A DNA stretch of 64,000 nt from Callorhinchus milii (lineage: Eukaryota): the NCBI RefSeq assembly GCF_018977255.1, contig NW_024704743.1, positions 5,396,001 to 5,460,000 of the forward strand, read 5' to 3'. This document shows positions 25,088 through 37,835 of this stretch, piece by piece (the stretch's first letter is position 1; the number at the start of each line of letters is the position of its first letter). The notes beneath the pieces are model-generated. The model was not told the DNA's origin and made no database searches. It saw only the letters and a program-made list of their open reading frames with translations. The position numbers were made by a program, and so were the translations under genes.

Positions 25088-26555
25088 CTGTTGATAAAAA
25101 AAAAGGAACAATTACTCTCCAAGCGCATAACTTTACAAACTTTATCAAATTACATTAAGAGTGCCAAAATGAATTTAAAAAATCAACAATCAATGGATAC
25201 TAAGGATTACAAGGCAGTAATCTGATTAAGGTGTTCAGATGACCCCATAAACCATCACTGTAAAGCCTGTGGCTGTTTATAACATCTGAAACCAGCGAAC
25301 AGTTTACAGTTTGGACGCCATGTCCAATATGCTTTATAATATTTCAAATGCGGATAGGCTCATTTTATTAATCACAGGTACAGAACTTCAATGAATAAAT
25401 GATTAAAGGCAATAATTGCACTCAAAGGATAATGATGATAATAATAATAATCCTTGCACTTGATATAGTGCTTTATCGTGTCGTTGAGACGTCTCAAAAT
25501 GCTTCACAGGATTTAGTGTAAAGTGGATTGCCTGTGTATATTGTGGACAAAACGTGGCAGCCAATTGTGCACTTCAATGTCCCACAAACAGCTATGGAGT
25601 GAATGACCAATTATATTTGGGGGAATGTTGGCCAGAATATTCCCTTCTCTTTTCGATAGCGCCATGCATTGTTAACGCTCACCTTGGTTTAACATCTTAT
25701 TCCAAAGGGTGGTACAAAATAATCTACCTACTTTATATAATAATAATCATCCTTATTTTTGATAAAGCGCCTTTCACATCGGCAGGACTTCTCAAAGCAC
25801 TTCACAGGATAGATATATTGTAAAGTGGAGTGAATGTGCATTTTGTCGTTGAGCTTGGCAGATAGTTTTGTGTACAGCAATGTCTCACAAATAGCCATGA
25901 AGTGAGTCACACATTTTATTTGGAGGATTGTTGGCCAATACATCGTGATAAACTCTAATCCAAACATCTCATCTGAAGGACAGCACCTCCAACAATGCAG
26001 GAAAGAAAGAGACACAAGAGAGTTAAGAGATGAGTTTTCCCCTACCTAAACCAGATGGTACTGAGAACAATCAAAGCACCCAACTATTGTCCTGGAGTGA
26101 AAATAATACAATACAAATTTACGTTTATGTAGAGTCTTTCGTGTCTGTAGAATGTCCCAAGGTGACTCAGAGAGGATCTTTTAAAGGTATATAAAATTTG
26201 AAATGGGACTGAAAAACTCAACCGCAAACAATACTTTAGGATGCACCAAGACAGTAGAACAAGAGGTCCCAAGTTTAATGTTGCAATGGGCAATTTCAGA
26301 ATAAATACCAAGAAGTTTTTCTTTATCAAGAGGGTAATTAATGCTTGGAACAGGACCCTGGACTCATTTTAAAAACAACAGTTTGATGCTATTGATGGGA
26401 GGATGTAGGTGGGTGTTCTGGAAGGACGAAATCAGATGAGATGCAATGAGATCAGATTTAAACTTATGGTCTTATAACCCAGTAGCGGACAGTAGATATG
26501 TACGACTTAATGCTACACTGGACAATGGCTTACCCATTAGGCCATTGCGGAAACT

Positions 26556-26772
26556 AATAATAATAATAATAATCCTTGCATTTGATATAGCGCTTTTCAC
26601 GTCGGGAGGACGTCCCAAAGCGCTTCACAGAACACACTGTAAAGTGAATTGACTGTATATTTGTGGGCGAACGCGGCAGCCAATTGCGCACAGCAATGTC
26701 CCACAAACAGTCGTAGATTGAAAATGACCAATTTATTATTGGTTTTGGTTTTGGAGGGATTATTGTTATTAT
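26556..26772 (-). mobile_element. Young SINE, 5'-truncated
   Basis: Near-identical to the 3' part of 46305-46623. Confidence 0.9.
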
Positions 26773-27532
26773 TAAACTAACATGCCACAGTTAAATCAAA
26801 AAGAACTGCATCTGCAGTACCACCTGCTTATTATCTGTTTTGTTGCAGAGCCAAGTCTCTTAATACCTTTTATATCTGCAAAGTCCCTGACAGAATGATT
26901 GAATGCACTCCTATGACCCCGAAAAGTAAAACTAATGACTGAACTAGAAGTGATTAAAAATTCTAACATTAGTGGCGCAGAATAGATTGAGGTCAACTGT
27001 AAAACGGGGAGAGAGAAAGAGAGAGAACATTTTCTCCTTAAGGTGACCAGGATGAAAAAGGAGATTATGGGTCAGTGTTACCCGTATGGACATTTACATC
27101 TTACCTCTGGCCGTACCCCATTATATCATGCATTTAAAACAGCATTTTAAATTGATTTTTGTCATATTTATAATCGTACATTCATGAAGGAATTTGAAAC
27201 AAACTTATGTTGCTATGGCAACACAGGTGCAGAAATCCTACAAATCTCTTCGCAGACCAAATATTATTGTTAGGGTGCCATCTATGCTCTCCGCTAAGCC
27301 CAAGAGAAGGCGGTCTCGCGAGGTAAGGGGTGCTGTTAAATGGGATCAACAACTCTGATTTAAGACTCTTCTGAAGAGCTAATTCCTTTTGTTTAGCAAA
27401 AATGGTACAAAAGGTGAGACTGTGCAGCTCAACATAAATATTGCAGAGATGTCTGGTTGCTAAACCACTACTTTTCTCCCGCAGAGCAGCACTGAACTTT
27501 AAATGGGGCAAAAAAAGAGGCCATGACAATTC

Positions 27533-27922
27533 TAATAATAATCTTTGCATTTGATAGAGGCCCTTATCACATCTTCGAGACATCTTAAGGCGCTTCACAG
27601 AATATACAGTGAAGTGAATTGACTGTATATTTTGTGGGCGAAAAGCTGAGGCCAATTTTGCATAGCAGTGTCCCACAAACAGTGGGACCAATCCACAACT
27701 GTTAATGCATTTTTATTTATGTATTTATTTGTTTGTTTGAAGGGATTATTACTCCCAGAAAGCGATTTGCCAATCGACTAACAACCGGGTTCTTACTTAC
27801 TGCTAGGTTAACAGAGATGTGTGGAGAAAGGAAACTTGCCTAGCAAGTTTTGTCTGGGAATCGAACCCAGGTCCTCTTGCTTCCGAGGCAAATGCTCTAA
27901 TCAATTCGCTACAGGACTCCAC
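27533..27922 (-). mobile_element. tRNA-derived SINE, long subfamily
   Basis: Reverse complement of head, central segment and tail. Confidence 0.85.
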
Positions 27923-28235
27923 ACTACAGGACTTCTGTAGTGCACTCTTTTAGCGTATTAGTTCACACTACAGGACTCCTGTGGCGTATTGGTTAGAGAA
28001 TTCGCCTGACAAGGGTTTTTTAAGTGCTCTGAGATGCTGCCCTGCGTGGAAGGGGTTATGTAAGAGCCAGCTGTTGTTGTTAGAATACTTGCCTTGCTAC
28101 AGGCCTGTGAGGCGAGTACTCTAACCAATACACTATAGGACTCCACTAATTGCATACTGTAATGTGTGGACACCACTTCGCACAATAATTGAGATCGACT
28201 CAACCTCGTACTATATATAACTAATACATGCTGGT

Positions 28236-28391
28236 GTGGAGTCCTGTAGCTCAGTGCTTAGAGCACTCGCTTTGCAAGTGAGAGACCTGAGTTCAGTTCC
28301 AGGCAGAGGGCGAAACCTCGGGCAAGTTTCCTCACTCCTCCCGACGTGAAAAGCGCTATATCAAATGCAAGGATTATTATTATTATTATTA
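28236..28391 (+). mobile_element. Young SINE with internal deletion (head joined to tail)
   Basis: Head ...cctcactcc joined directly to tcccgacgtgaaaagcgc tail. Confidence 0.88.
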
Positions 28392-29744
28392 TATTGGCTG
28401 TCAAGTTAACTTGCCGTGCAAGCCACTCTTTTGCCTAACATGCTGGTAGTGCGATTGTGACAATTGTTGCTGAACTTTGATCAATCTGAGCGAGGAGCCA
28501 AAGCTATTGGTAGTAAACAAAACCAGAACTGAAGCAGGTCAATTTGAACAGTTTACAAGCTTGTGCAATGGACAGAGGAATGATTATCCATTTCTCTCTT
28601 TACAGAAGTCGAGCCATTTTTACAAACAAGATTTTGCTTTGTGTGTCTTTTACAGGATCCTGTACCACACTATTTCACAGAAGCTTTATTTTGTTATTGG
28701 CTGCTTTGTTTCATCCATAAAACAGTCGATTCACTTTACAATATATTCTGTGAAACGACTTAACGACATGATAAGGCACTTTACCAAATGCAAGGATTAT
28801 TATTTTTCTTACGTTTGACATGGCTGCAGTTTTCTCTCTCCAAAATCTGTTGATCCAGTGCTACCATAATCCCTGTTACTGTATTTCATTTGGATAATAA
28901 ACTGCAAACTATATGCAGCGCATAAATTTTCTTTCATTTTGTAGTCAAGCTTAATTATTTTATAAAGTGGATTTCGGCAAAACTGAAGAGGGAGAAGCAT
29001 GGCGTGCAGGCGTGATCAACGCTATAGTTCAGTGATCTTCATGGGGTGAAAAGTCTAAAGGAACAATTTATGCTCCCAGTACAGCATACATGCAGAGATC
29101 CCAACTCAGATAAAGGCTCAAGGCTAACAGAATCAGGAATGTTCAGTCACCCTTAAAACCAATTACAGCAAATACAAATACAGAGGGCTAAAATGCTGCA
29201 ATTTCTAATAGCAAATACTTCCACCAGAATTGATCCAAGGGATCTCTGCTCTAAAAATGGATCGAGTCAGATGAGTTTCTGATGTACTTCCCAACACCAT
29301 TTGGATGACCCTTAAGGAATCACGTTGGAAACTGTCTGTTTTAGACCCCAATGAAAATTCCTGAAAAAAACACACCTTAAGTAAATGTGGGTAAAAAGCA
29401 TTTTTATAATCTCACTGCATACATTCAGACATGCGTTTGGGCTTAAAGGAGATACAAAGGAAAGATCTATCAACACCGAAAGTTGCTGCTTAATAGTCCT
29501 TCCTCTTACTCAAATACTCCCCTAATTTGGACATGAAAAATAAGTTGCCTTGATGGGAGGAATCAAGAATTTTGTAGAATTTAGGCCTGCTCATAATGTG
29601 GTCCAGCAGGCCACTACCCCTGACACAACAATACAAGAGGAACTGAGATGTCTTACTTAATCTTCCTCAAATGTTTTTTGTTCACCACATTATCCTCCTT
29701 GGGGGGAGGTAAGCAGGTCTCCTTGGAGCTGAACTGGCTCGAAG

Positions 29745-30292
29745 GTGACATTCCTGGCAATGGAATGTCAGAATCCAGTCAGCCCTCTGTGGCAGTCTCG
29801 GAAGTGGGTTCCTGAGCCAGGCGGGTCTGCAGTATTCCATGGCACTGCTAATCACAGCACAGGAGCGATGGCTCATTGGCAGGACCTGGAAGGACAGACA
29901 GTCACTGGGTGCAGGGAGTCATCCCACTTAACTCGTGTTAACCCTGCAAGCCAAGGCCCTAACCAGTAGGGTGGTCCTAGCTGGATAAGCAGCGGGAAAG
30001 CTTGCAATATCAATATGAAGCGATGCAGTTTTAGCTGGTTAGACTCCAGTAGTAACCCAATGCACATTCTGGGGTCCCCAAGCCTTGGTTCTTTCCAACC
30101 TACGCCTAATACTTTCCTGAATTAGGTAAACAGGGGCGACCCTCCAGGGAGAGTGTGTGCATACCATTCCAGCAATTTATCTCTGGGATTTCCAAGTGTG
30201 GGTGGGATGAGTCGAAATCTCGGTTTGGTTTGGATACTCTTAAGCACGGTGATGGGTTTCCACGTGTGTCAGACACCTGGCTGACTAAAAAA
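29745..30292 (+). repeat. Unclassified interspersed repeat (longest of six copies)
   Basis: Shared blocks with about 6850-7330(-), 8353-8620(-), 30631-30728(-), 57833-58087(+), 61122-61468(+). Confidence 0.8.
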
Positions 30293-30729
30293 GGAAAAAA
30301 CACATGGCATACATTTTGTATGTCTCTCAAAGAGTAGAAGAAAAAGGAATAGCTTTTGTAGTCTCAGTGGGGTGTCAGTGATTTGCTTGAGCATCCAGAT
30401 TCTGAAATAAGGCGAATGGGAAGCAACAACAATTCAACATGCACTTGTAAAGCAGCCTAGTGTCTAAGAGCACTTAACAGTGGTGGAACTTGACAGTGAG
30501 CTGGGGAGTGAGGCATGGTCAAAGAGGAAAGTCTTCAGGTGGGATCCGAAGACACGCAAGGAGGGAGCAAGGCGCTGGACAATCCAGGGTTGACGCTGGA
30601 CAATCAAGGGTTTGCACTAGACAATCAGGGGACCCCAGAGAGTGCGTAGGGGTAACTGCTGGAGTCTAACCAGCTAAAATCACATAACTTTCCATTGATA
30701 TTGCTGTCCGGAAAGCTTTCCCGCTGCAT

Positions 30730-31336
30730 GAGGATTGAAGTCAACAGGGTGGAGAGCAAAGGGGTCGAGGTGGGAGGGTGTCCAAAGGTACAGTTAAAGA
30801 AGAAGGAAAGGGAGGAAATGAGGCAGAGGGATTCTGGGATGGAGTTCCAGAGGATGGAGGCAGAAAAGCTGAAGGACTGACCACCAATGATGTGGCAGGC
30901 AGGGCGGGGACCACAGAGTTGACAAGTGTCTGCTGAATGGAGGGAACGGACAGGTTGGTATGGTCGCAGAAGTAGGGAGGAGCCTGATTGTGGAAGGCTT
31001 TAGAAAGTGAGGCCAAGGATTTTAAATTCGATCTTCTGAGGGATGGGGAGTCAGTGGAGCCTAGTGAGGATGGGGTAATCAGTTCACGGAGCTTGGTACA
31101 CGAGAGAACATGAGCTGTAGCGTTCTGAATATTCTGCAGCTTGCGGACGGAAGAGTTGGGAAGACAGACAAGCAGGGTGTTAGTGTAGTCAAGCCTAGAT
31201 GAGATGAATACATGAATGAGGGTCTTGGCGGCCTGAGGGGAGAGGTAGTGGCTTAGGTGGGCAATGTAAAGGATGTGGGGAAGGCAGAACACGTCACGGC
31301 AAGAATGTGGGGTTTTTAAAGGATAGTTGAGGGTCG
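30730..31336 (-). mobile_element. L2-clade LINE fragment
   Basis: AAKTLIHVFISSRLDYTNTLL...LQNIQNA. Confidence 0.85.
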
Positions 31337-33747
31337 ATTAGTTTCCATATTGGAATCTATCTGTTCTGTATAGGAAGCCAGTGAAACCTGGCAAGAACGG
31401 GGTTGTGAAGTTTGCAAAACAAACATATAGACCATTCCTACAGCTAGAAGCAATGAGATCTGTAGGGAGTTTGGTTTCAGTGTACACATTGTGGGAAATG
31501 CCCAACCACTGTTGGTTGGCTAATATCTGGATGTACATATGCGCATCGTGCTGTAAAACAGAGTCTAAACGTCTGACCAACAAAAGTGGAGTGGTCTCGA
31601 TTAGAGGTTCAAATCCTAAGCCAAGTTTAGTTGTGTACTTTAACTCCAGAAAACAGGAAATTTATTGACTACATTCCTGTCTGTCTGCCAACTTCATGAT
31701 TTAGCCATTCTCCCAAGATCGGGTTGATACAACACTGCAAGATTACAGTGTGCATCAAGTAGACCAAATAAACAACATGAAAAAGTAATCTCATATGAAT
31801 TACCACAAAATTAAAGCCCCCTAAACTGCTAAAAGATGACCGATTGAAATGTTTGTTTTCAAGTGTTCACTTTCCCTCTCTCCCGCACGTCACATTAATC
31901 ATTAGGTCTAAATAGGTCATCTCTCCAACAGTAACCTCAAAATAAAACAGAGTTGCTCTAAAGGCCTGACTGAAAAAAATCATAACCACAGAGCATGAAG
32001 GGGATAAATATCCTCTAAAATATCCTCTGCAATGCAAGTCTTTTCCGTTAACTTTAGATTAGATTGATCAAAGCCGAGATTTCTGCGTGAATTCGAAATT
32101 AATTAGCTACTGACACGCAACCGGAAGTCCAATTCCCCACAATGGTGGATTTGCAGTTTATTTGCGCTGTTGAAGGAGAGACGAGCAGCTCTTTCTTTTT
32201 CTCCACTAATGTGATTCACATGACTCATTGTGGTCTGGTTTGTGTGTGTTGTTACTGAACAAATCTGAGCTGAAGTCAAAAGATACTCTCACTGTGGGTT
32301 TCGGAATCACCCTGTTTATGTCCATTGTGTCGCAACTTTTATCTTTCATTTTCCTTTAATATTAACTGTTAACACTGGGCGAGTGGTGGGTGGGGAGAAG
32401 AGGAGGAAGAGTGCTCCAAGTTGTGAGGTGGGGGAGAGGGGAAGAGAAAGGTGACCAAAAGCATGATAAAAAAAAGGTCTTAAAATAGATTTTAAAGTAG
32501 TAAACTCTGCAACCTCATCACTTTACAGTATATTCTGTGAAGCTCTTTGAGATGGCTCGACGAATATATAAACGCTACATCAAATGCAAGGATTATTATT
32601 ATTAACAACCGCGCTCCTACTTTACTGCTAGGGAAACCGAGGTGTGTGGATTAAGGGAACCTGCCTAAGGTTTTACCATGTTCAGGAATCGAATTCCGGC
32701 CCTCTCATTTGCGAGTCGAGTGCTCTAACCATTACATTACAGGACTCCACATACATATGTATAATCACAAATAACTAAGGTTTAATGTAAGCTTTAATCC
32801 AGAAGAGTTCCAAGAGTTTCAATTCTCAAAAGATAAATGGAATGCTTCAACCTGATACACCTCCTACAAATCCTCAAGGGAAAACCCTCAATAGACCAAA
32901 TCAATACTGAATTTTACAATCATTAGAGTACAGCAACTGCACTGCTGCCTTGTTCCTCATTGCCAGGTACAGACTATTCTTTATGCGGTGGATCCAGGAA
33001 TATTTCAGTAATTATTTGCATTGTCTTCCTGCAGAATTGGGTTCATGGGAATGAAACTTTACTCTGACAATTTACTGAGTTATGTGCAACGCAGCATTGC
33101 TCACTAAAAGCTCATAAATCTGCTTCAGCAAATCAATAGTATTTTCCATGTGATGGCTAACAATAGTAGTTTCCATTAATCAAATGGTGACAATCCGTCC
33201 AATATGCTGCTTAACAGCTATTTCTGCATTTTCATGTTGTAGACAGGATCAGGCTGGGAGTTGAGAGCAAAGGTAATATTGCCTAATGGTGCTAAGGTAT
33301 TCAGAAATTCAGAAGGTAATAATAGTTAAATTTGCTATAATGCCTTTCACTATACCAAATGCAAGTATAATTATTACTTCAGGAGGACTGCCCAAAGAGC
33401 TTCACAGGATATATTTTAGTGTAGTGACTGAGTGTTTTTATGGGCAAACACAGCAGCCAATTTGCACACAGAATGTCCCATAAACAGCCATGAAGTGAAT
33501 GACCAGTTTTATATTTTATCTGGGGGATTGTTGTCCAAGACACCGGGGGGATGGGACTCTTTTCTCTTTTCAAATAGTGCCAAGGGATCTTTAACATCCA
33601 CCTGAATAGGCAGATGGCACCTCGGTTTAATGTCTTAAGATGGGAAATGCCTATGATTCCTCATATAGTAAGATAGCTGATCTCTCAAGTCTAGCATAGG
33701 AAGGAACCATTCTTCAAGTTAGGAGAGAAACAGGGAGAAAGAAAATA

Positions 33748-34554
33748 ACAACAACAAAATTACATTTGTATAGTGCCTTTCATGTCGAGAGGATGTCCCA
33801 CGACGCTGGACAGAGTTTTGGACCCGAGCTGGGGGTCTGGGTTGGGAAGGGCAGGGGGGGAAGCAGAGAGATCGAAAGTACGGTCGAAGAGAAGACGCTT
33901 GAGATGGGTCTTGATGGAGGCAAGGGAGGGGGTGAGTCGGAGGGACTGCAGGATGAGGGCAGAGTGGCAGAAGGTCCGCCCGCCAATAGGGGCGAGCGAG
34001 GCGGGGGACGTGAAGCAGGCCAGAGCCCACTGAGTGGAGAGAGTGAGCAGGATGGTAGGGGGTTAGGAGGTCACAGAGGTAGGGGGGAGCAAGAGCAAGG
34101 AAAGCTTTGAACTGTATCCTCTGTGTGATGGGAAGCCAGTGGAGTTGGGTGAGGATGGGGGTGATAAGGGTCACGGACCCTGGTGCGGGAGAAGATACGA
34201 GCTGCAGAGTTCTGGATGATCTGCAGCCTATGGAGGGAGGAGTTGGGGAGGCCGTCAAGCAAGGAGTTTGCATAGTCAAGCCTTGATGCAATGAAAGCAT
34301 GTATGAGGGTTTCGGTGGCCTGCGATGTGAGACAGTGGCGGAGCCAGGCGATGTTGTGGAGGTGGGTAAAGGCAGAGCGGGTCTTGGCGCAGATGTGGGG
34401 TAGAAGGCATAGTTGATGGTCAAACAAGCCAAGGTTCCGGACTGGCTTAGCAAGGTGGAGTGTGCAAACACGGATGGTGATGCTGTCAGCGCCTGAGGTG
34501 AGGAAAGCTGTGAACTGTATCCTCTGTGTGATGGGAAGCCAGTGGAGTTGGGTG
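33748..34554 (-). mobile_element. L2-clade LINE 3' fragment
   Basis: ETLIHAFIASRLDYANSLL, LQIIQNSAAR, LHWLPI peptides; same 3' UTR and tail as 4733-6480. Confidence 0.9.
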
Positions 34555-35441
34555 TGGCTGGTTTCAATGCAGAACTGGCAATAGAAGGAACAGGTGGCAA
34601 AACAGTGCAGATGCAGGATATCTGAGACAAAAACAGAAGCTGCTAGGAACACTCAGCTGGTCAGGAGGCAACTATGGAGACAGGAAAGTGAGTTTCCTCT
34701 CTTCATAGATGCTGCTTGACCCTCTGAGTATTCCCAATGACTTCTGTTTAGAAGAAACAGGTCACTGATTGTCTTCTCAGTTAGTGATGTTGTGTGGGCT
34801 GGTATACAACAAGAAAAGAACAGTGGTGGCTTGACTGTTCTCTATCTTTTTGGTGAAAGGAAATAGGTCATTTTGATAGAGTCTACCTCTCTCCAGCAGA
34901 AACAGTTCACTACCTTGTCATACACATTAGATTTCCAGGTTCCCACTAAATTATGTTCCACTGTCATTTATCATGAACAAGTAACTTTAGCCTCTCTGGG
35001 TCTCTTTTAGCAACAAATCATCTGTGCTTGACAAGGACTAATAATTCAGAAAGGAGGTTCTTTACAGGAAATCAGGTATTCATATAGAGCAGCCTCAAGA
35101 TTGTCACAACGAAACCAAGGTCAGTGCTGGGATAACATTGTCTATGACCTATTAAATACAACAAACCAAGTGTATCATGGCTAGCCTGCAGGAAAACACG
35201 AAGCTGGAAATAACACTTCCTGTGGCCACCACAGATCTGTCGCACTGGTTATCTGGTGTCGCACTGGTTCAGAAAAAACTCACAGGTTCAAGCATGTAGG
35301 AGTGTGAATTGATTGTTCAGGTTGACACCCCATGTGCAGTAAAATTGAGGTCACTCTTCTTCAGGTGGATGTAAACGTCCTATGACACTATTCCAGAGAA
35401 GGGAGTGTCTCGCTTCGCTAATCTGATGTGAAGTTTGTGTG

Positions 35442-35855
35442 TCAGCCTAGCTCAGTTGATAGCACTCTTGCCTCTTGAGTCAGAAGGTTGGGACTTATAA
35501 CCCTCATATTCTAGGCTGAAACTCCAATGCAGTGCAGGAGATGTGTTACAGTCAGAGGTGTTGTCCTTCGGATGAGACGTTAAACAGAGGTCCCGTCTGC
35601 TAGTACAGGTGGACATGAAAGATCTCATGGTGTTATTCAAAACAAGAAAGGCGTTCCTCCAAGCGTTCTGGCCAACAATCCCCCAAATAAAATTGGTTAC
35701 TCATTCCATTGCTGATTTTGGGACATCACTGAACACAAATTGGCTTCTGCATTTACCCACAAAATAAACACTTTGCAGCATATTCTGTGATGTGCTTTGA
35801 GATGTCTCGACAATGTGATAATGTGCTATATCAAATGCAAGGATTAATGTTATTT
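35442..35855 (+). mobile_element. Deu-domain SINE (SacSINE1/AmnSINE-like), near full length
   Basis: tRNA-like head; central ggatgagacgttaaac.gaggtcccgtctg...aaagatcccatggcactatt segment recalled as the Deu domain; L2-like tail. Other copies near 587-790, 10245-10610, 16670-17040, 38677-39010 (+) and 13818-14085, 14420-14730, 33360-33640, 57000-57390 (-). Confidence 0.8.
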
Positions 35856-36110
35856 ATATCTTACTTTGTACTCATTCTTTTACAACCAACAGTAATTTTT
35901 AGAGAGAGCAATGCTGGTATAATGAATTGCAGAAAAGGCCATGTTTATCCAACTACTGGTTAATACTTCAACAATTCAAGCAGTGGCAGGAATTTTCAAA
36001 TGTCAAGTATAACCTTGCAAATGGATATTGTATCAAGATGATTTAAAGATCATTTCTGCACTTCGTGACGTGAATTTTACTTTTGCATCCTGCATGAGGT
36101 TAAGCATCAA

Positions 36111-36330
36111 AAACAAAAACAGAGAGAGCTGGGAAAACTCAGCAGGTCAGGCAGCATCTACGGAGAAAGGAAAGTGAGTCAACATTTCGGGTCCATGACC
36201 CTTCGTCAGAACGGGTTGTGGACCTGAAACATTGACTCACTTTCCTTTCTCCATAGATGCTGCCTGACCTGCTGAGTTTTCCCAGCTCTCTCTGTTTTTG
36301 TTTCAGATTCCAGCATCTGCAGTATTTTGT
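36111..36330. mobile_element. Penelope-type palindromic non-autonomous element with hammerhead-like core
   Basis: 91-bp inverted arms 36111-36201 and 36213-36303; minus strand reads CTGACGA-A-GGGTC-ATG-GACCC-GAAA. Confidence 0.75.
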
Positions 36331-37434
36331 GTTTTGTTCGAGGTTAAACATCAGTTGGGTTGTGGAACAAATCATTAACAATAGAACATTCAAAAAAACA
36401 CAGCAAACAATAAAGAGAAAGGCATCACGTGACAGAGGGAGGGCGGGGAAGTGCTCTCCATGGAAATATTTTTCCCCAAGGGTGATCCCTACAACAAACA
36501 AAACTTATTGCTATTTTATTCTATCAGGGCAAAAATAAAATAAATTCACTCATTAATTTAGAAGGTTTGCTTAGGTGGCTAGTGCATGAACTAATTTAAA
36601 AACTCAATGTAGTTTTGTATCACAAGTACATTAAAGAGAAAGAGCGTTCAGCCTATCAAAGATTTCATCTCATGTAGTACAGAGCAGTATAGCCAAAGCC
36701 CAGAAACAACTGTGATAAGGACAGATGTCTCGGGAAATGTAAAATGGCAGCTGCAAGGAGCACGAAGATTTAGGAAAAGTGTACTGTGGTATCACCAGGC
36801 AAATCACAGCATTCATTCCTAAAGCCTGATGCACGCTGCAGCAATCCTAGTTCTGAAAGTGATAGTTACTCTGCATTTGAACTTCTGTGTGCAGGCCACA
36901 AGCAACTTTCTTTTGGGAAAAAATTCCTAAGTTAGGAGAAGCTTTTGGTATTTTGAGAGGAGAATTTTAGACTATCACAGAATATTAAGGTGCTCCTGAC
37001 ATAAATAGTCCTGCTATAATTGCTGGTTGTCAGGCAGCTTTTCTGTGAACCTAGTGTTCAAAAGCATTGAGCAGCACTGAACATTATAGCAGTTAAGCGA
37101 CACAGAATATTGTCTTCATGAATACTATTGTGAAATACATGTCTTTCCATTGTGTCAGTTTGCCTGGTAACATTCAGTTCTAAAATACACAGTTTAGAGG
37201 CTAAATTCAAACATTTTTGGACTTGTGCCAAAAGCCGTCTGAAAAATCAATGAACTGATGGCGAGCGACTTAATCCACTGTGCCAGTGACCAAAATCCTC
37301 AAAGACATCCTCCTGCATTTTTTCATACAGCTATTCTGCGTGAAAGGCGCCATATAAATTTGTCACTTTTAGTTTGATTACAAATTACACATTACAGTGA
37401 ATCTGGTGAAACGCTTTGAGATGCTTCCTGATTT

Positions 37435-37780
37435 CACCTTCAAAGCCCTCCATGGCCTTGCTCCTCCCTGCCTCTGTGACCTCCTAACCCCCTACCAACC
37501 TGTCTGCTCCATCTGCTCAGCGGGCTCTGACCTGCTTCATGTCCACTGATGGGTAGGACTTCAGCCTCGCTGGCCCCACCTCTGGAGTTCCATGACACAG
37601 TTCCTCTGCCTCGCCCCCTCCCTTGCATCCGTCAAAACCCGTCTCAAGACCCTCCTCTTCGACTGCGCCTTTGGTCACCCTCCTTCCCCTACGCTCCTCG
37701 TTCTTCGACCCTTCCGATCACATCCGCCAGCTAGTCCCCCTGAGGTGAAAGGCGCTATACAAATGTAATTTGTTGTTGTT
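37435..37780 (+). mobile_element. L2-clade LINE 3' fragment
   Basis: FKALHGLAPP-like coding remnant plus 3' UTR and (TTG)n tail. Confidence 0.8.
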
Positions 37781-37835
37781 GAAAGGTGCTTTCTCAAATG
37801 CAAGGATTATTATTATTCCAGTGTTTAGTAATCCT

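Noticed and set aside
30204..30220. GGATGAGTCGAAA resembling a hammerhead core in the unclassified repeat
   Set aside because: Lacks CUGA and stem II, and is not conserved in the other copies
33719..34630. 303-aa ORF
   Set aside because: Mostly off-frame read-through of an L2 fragment
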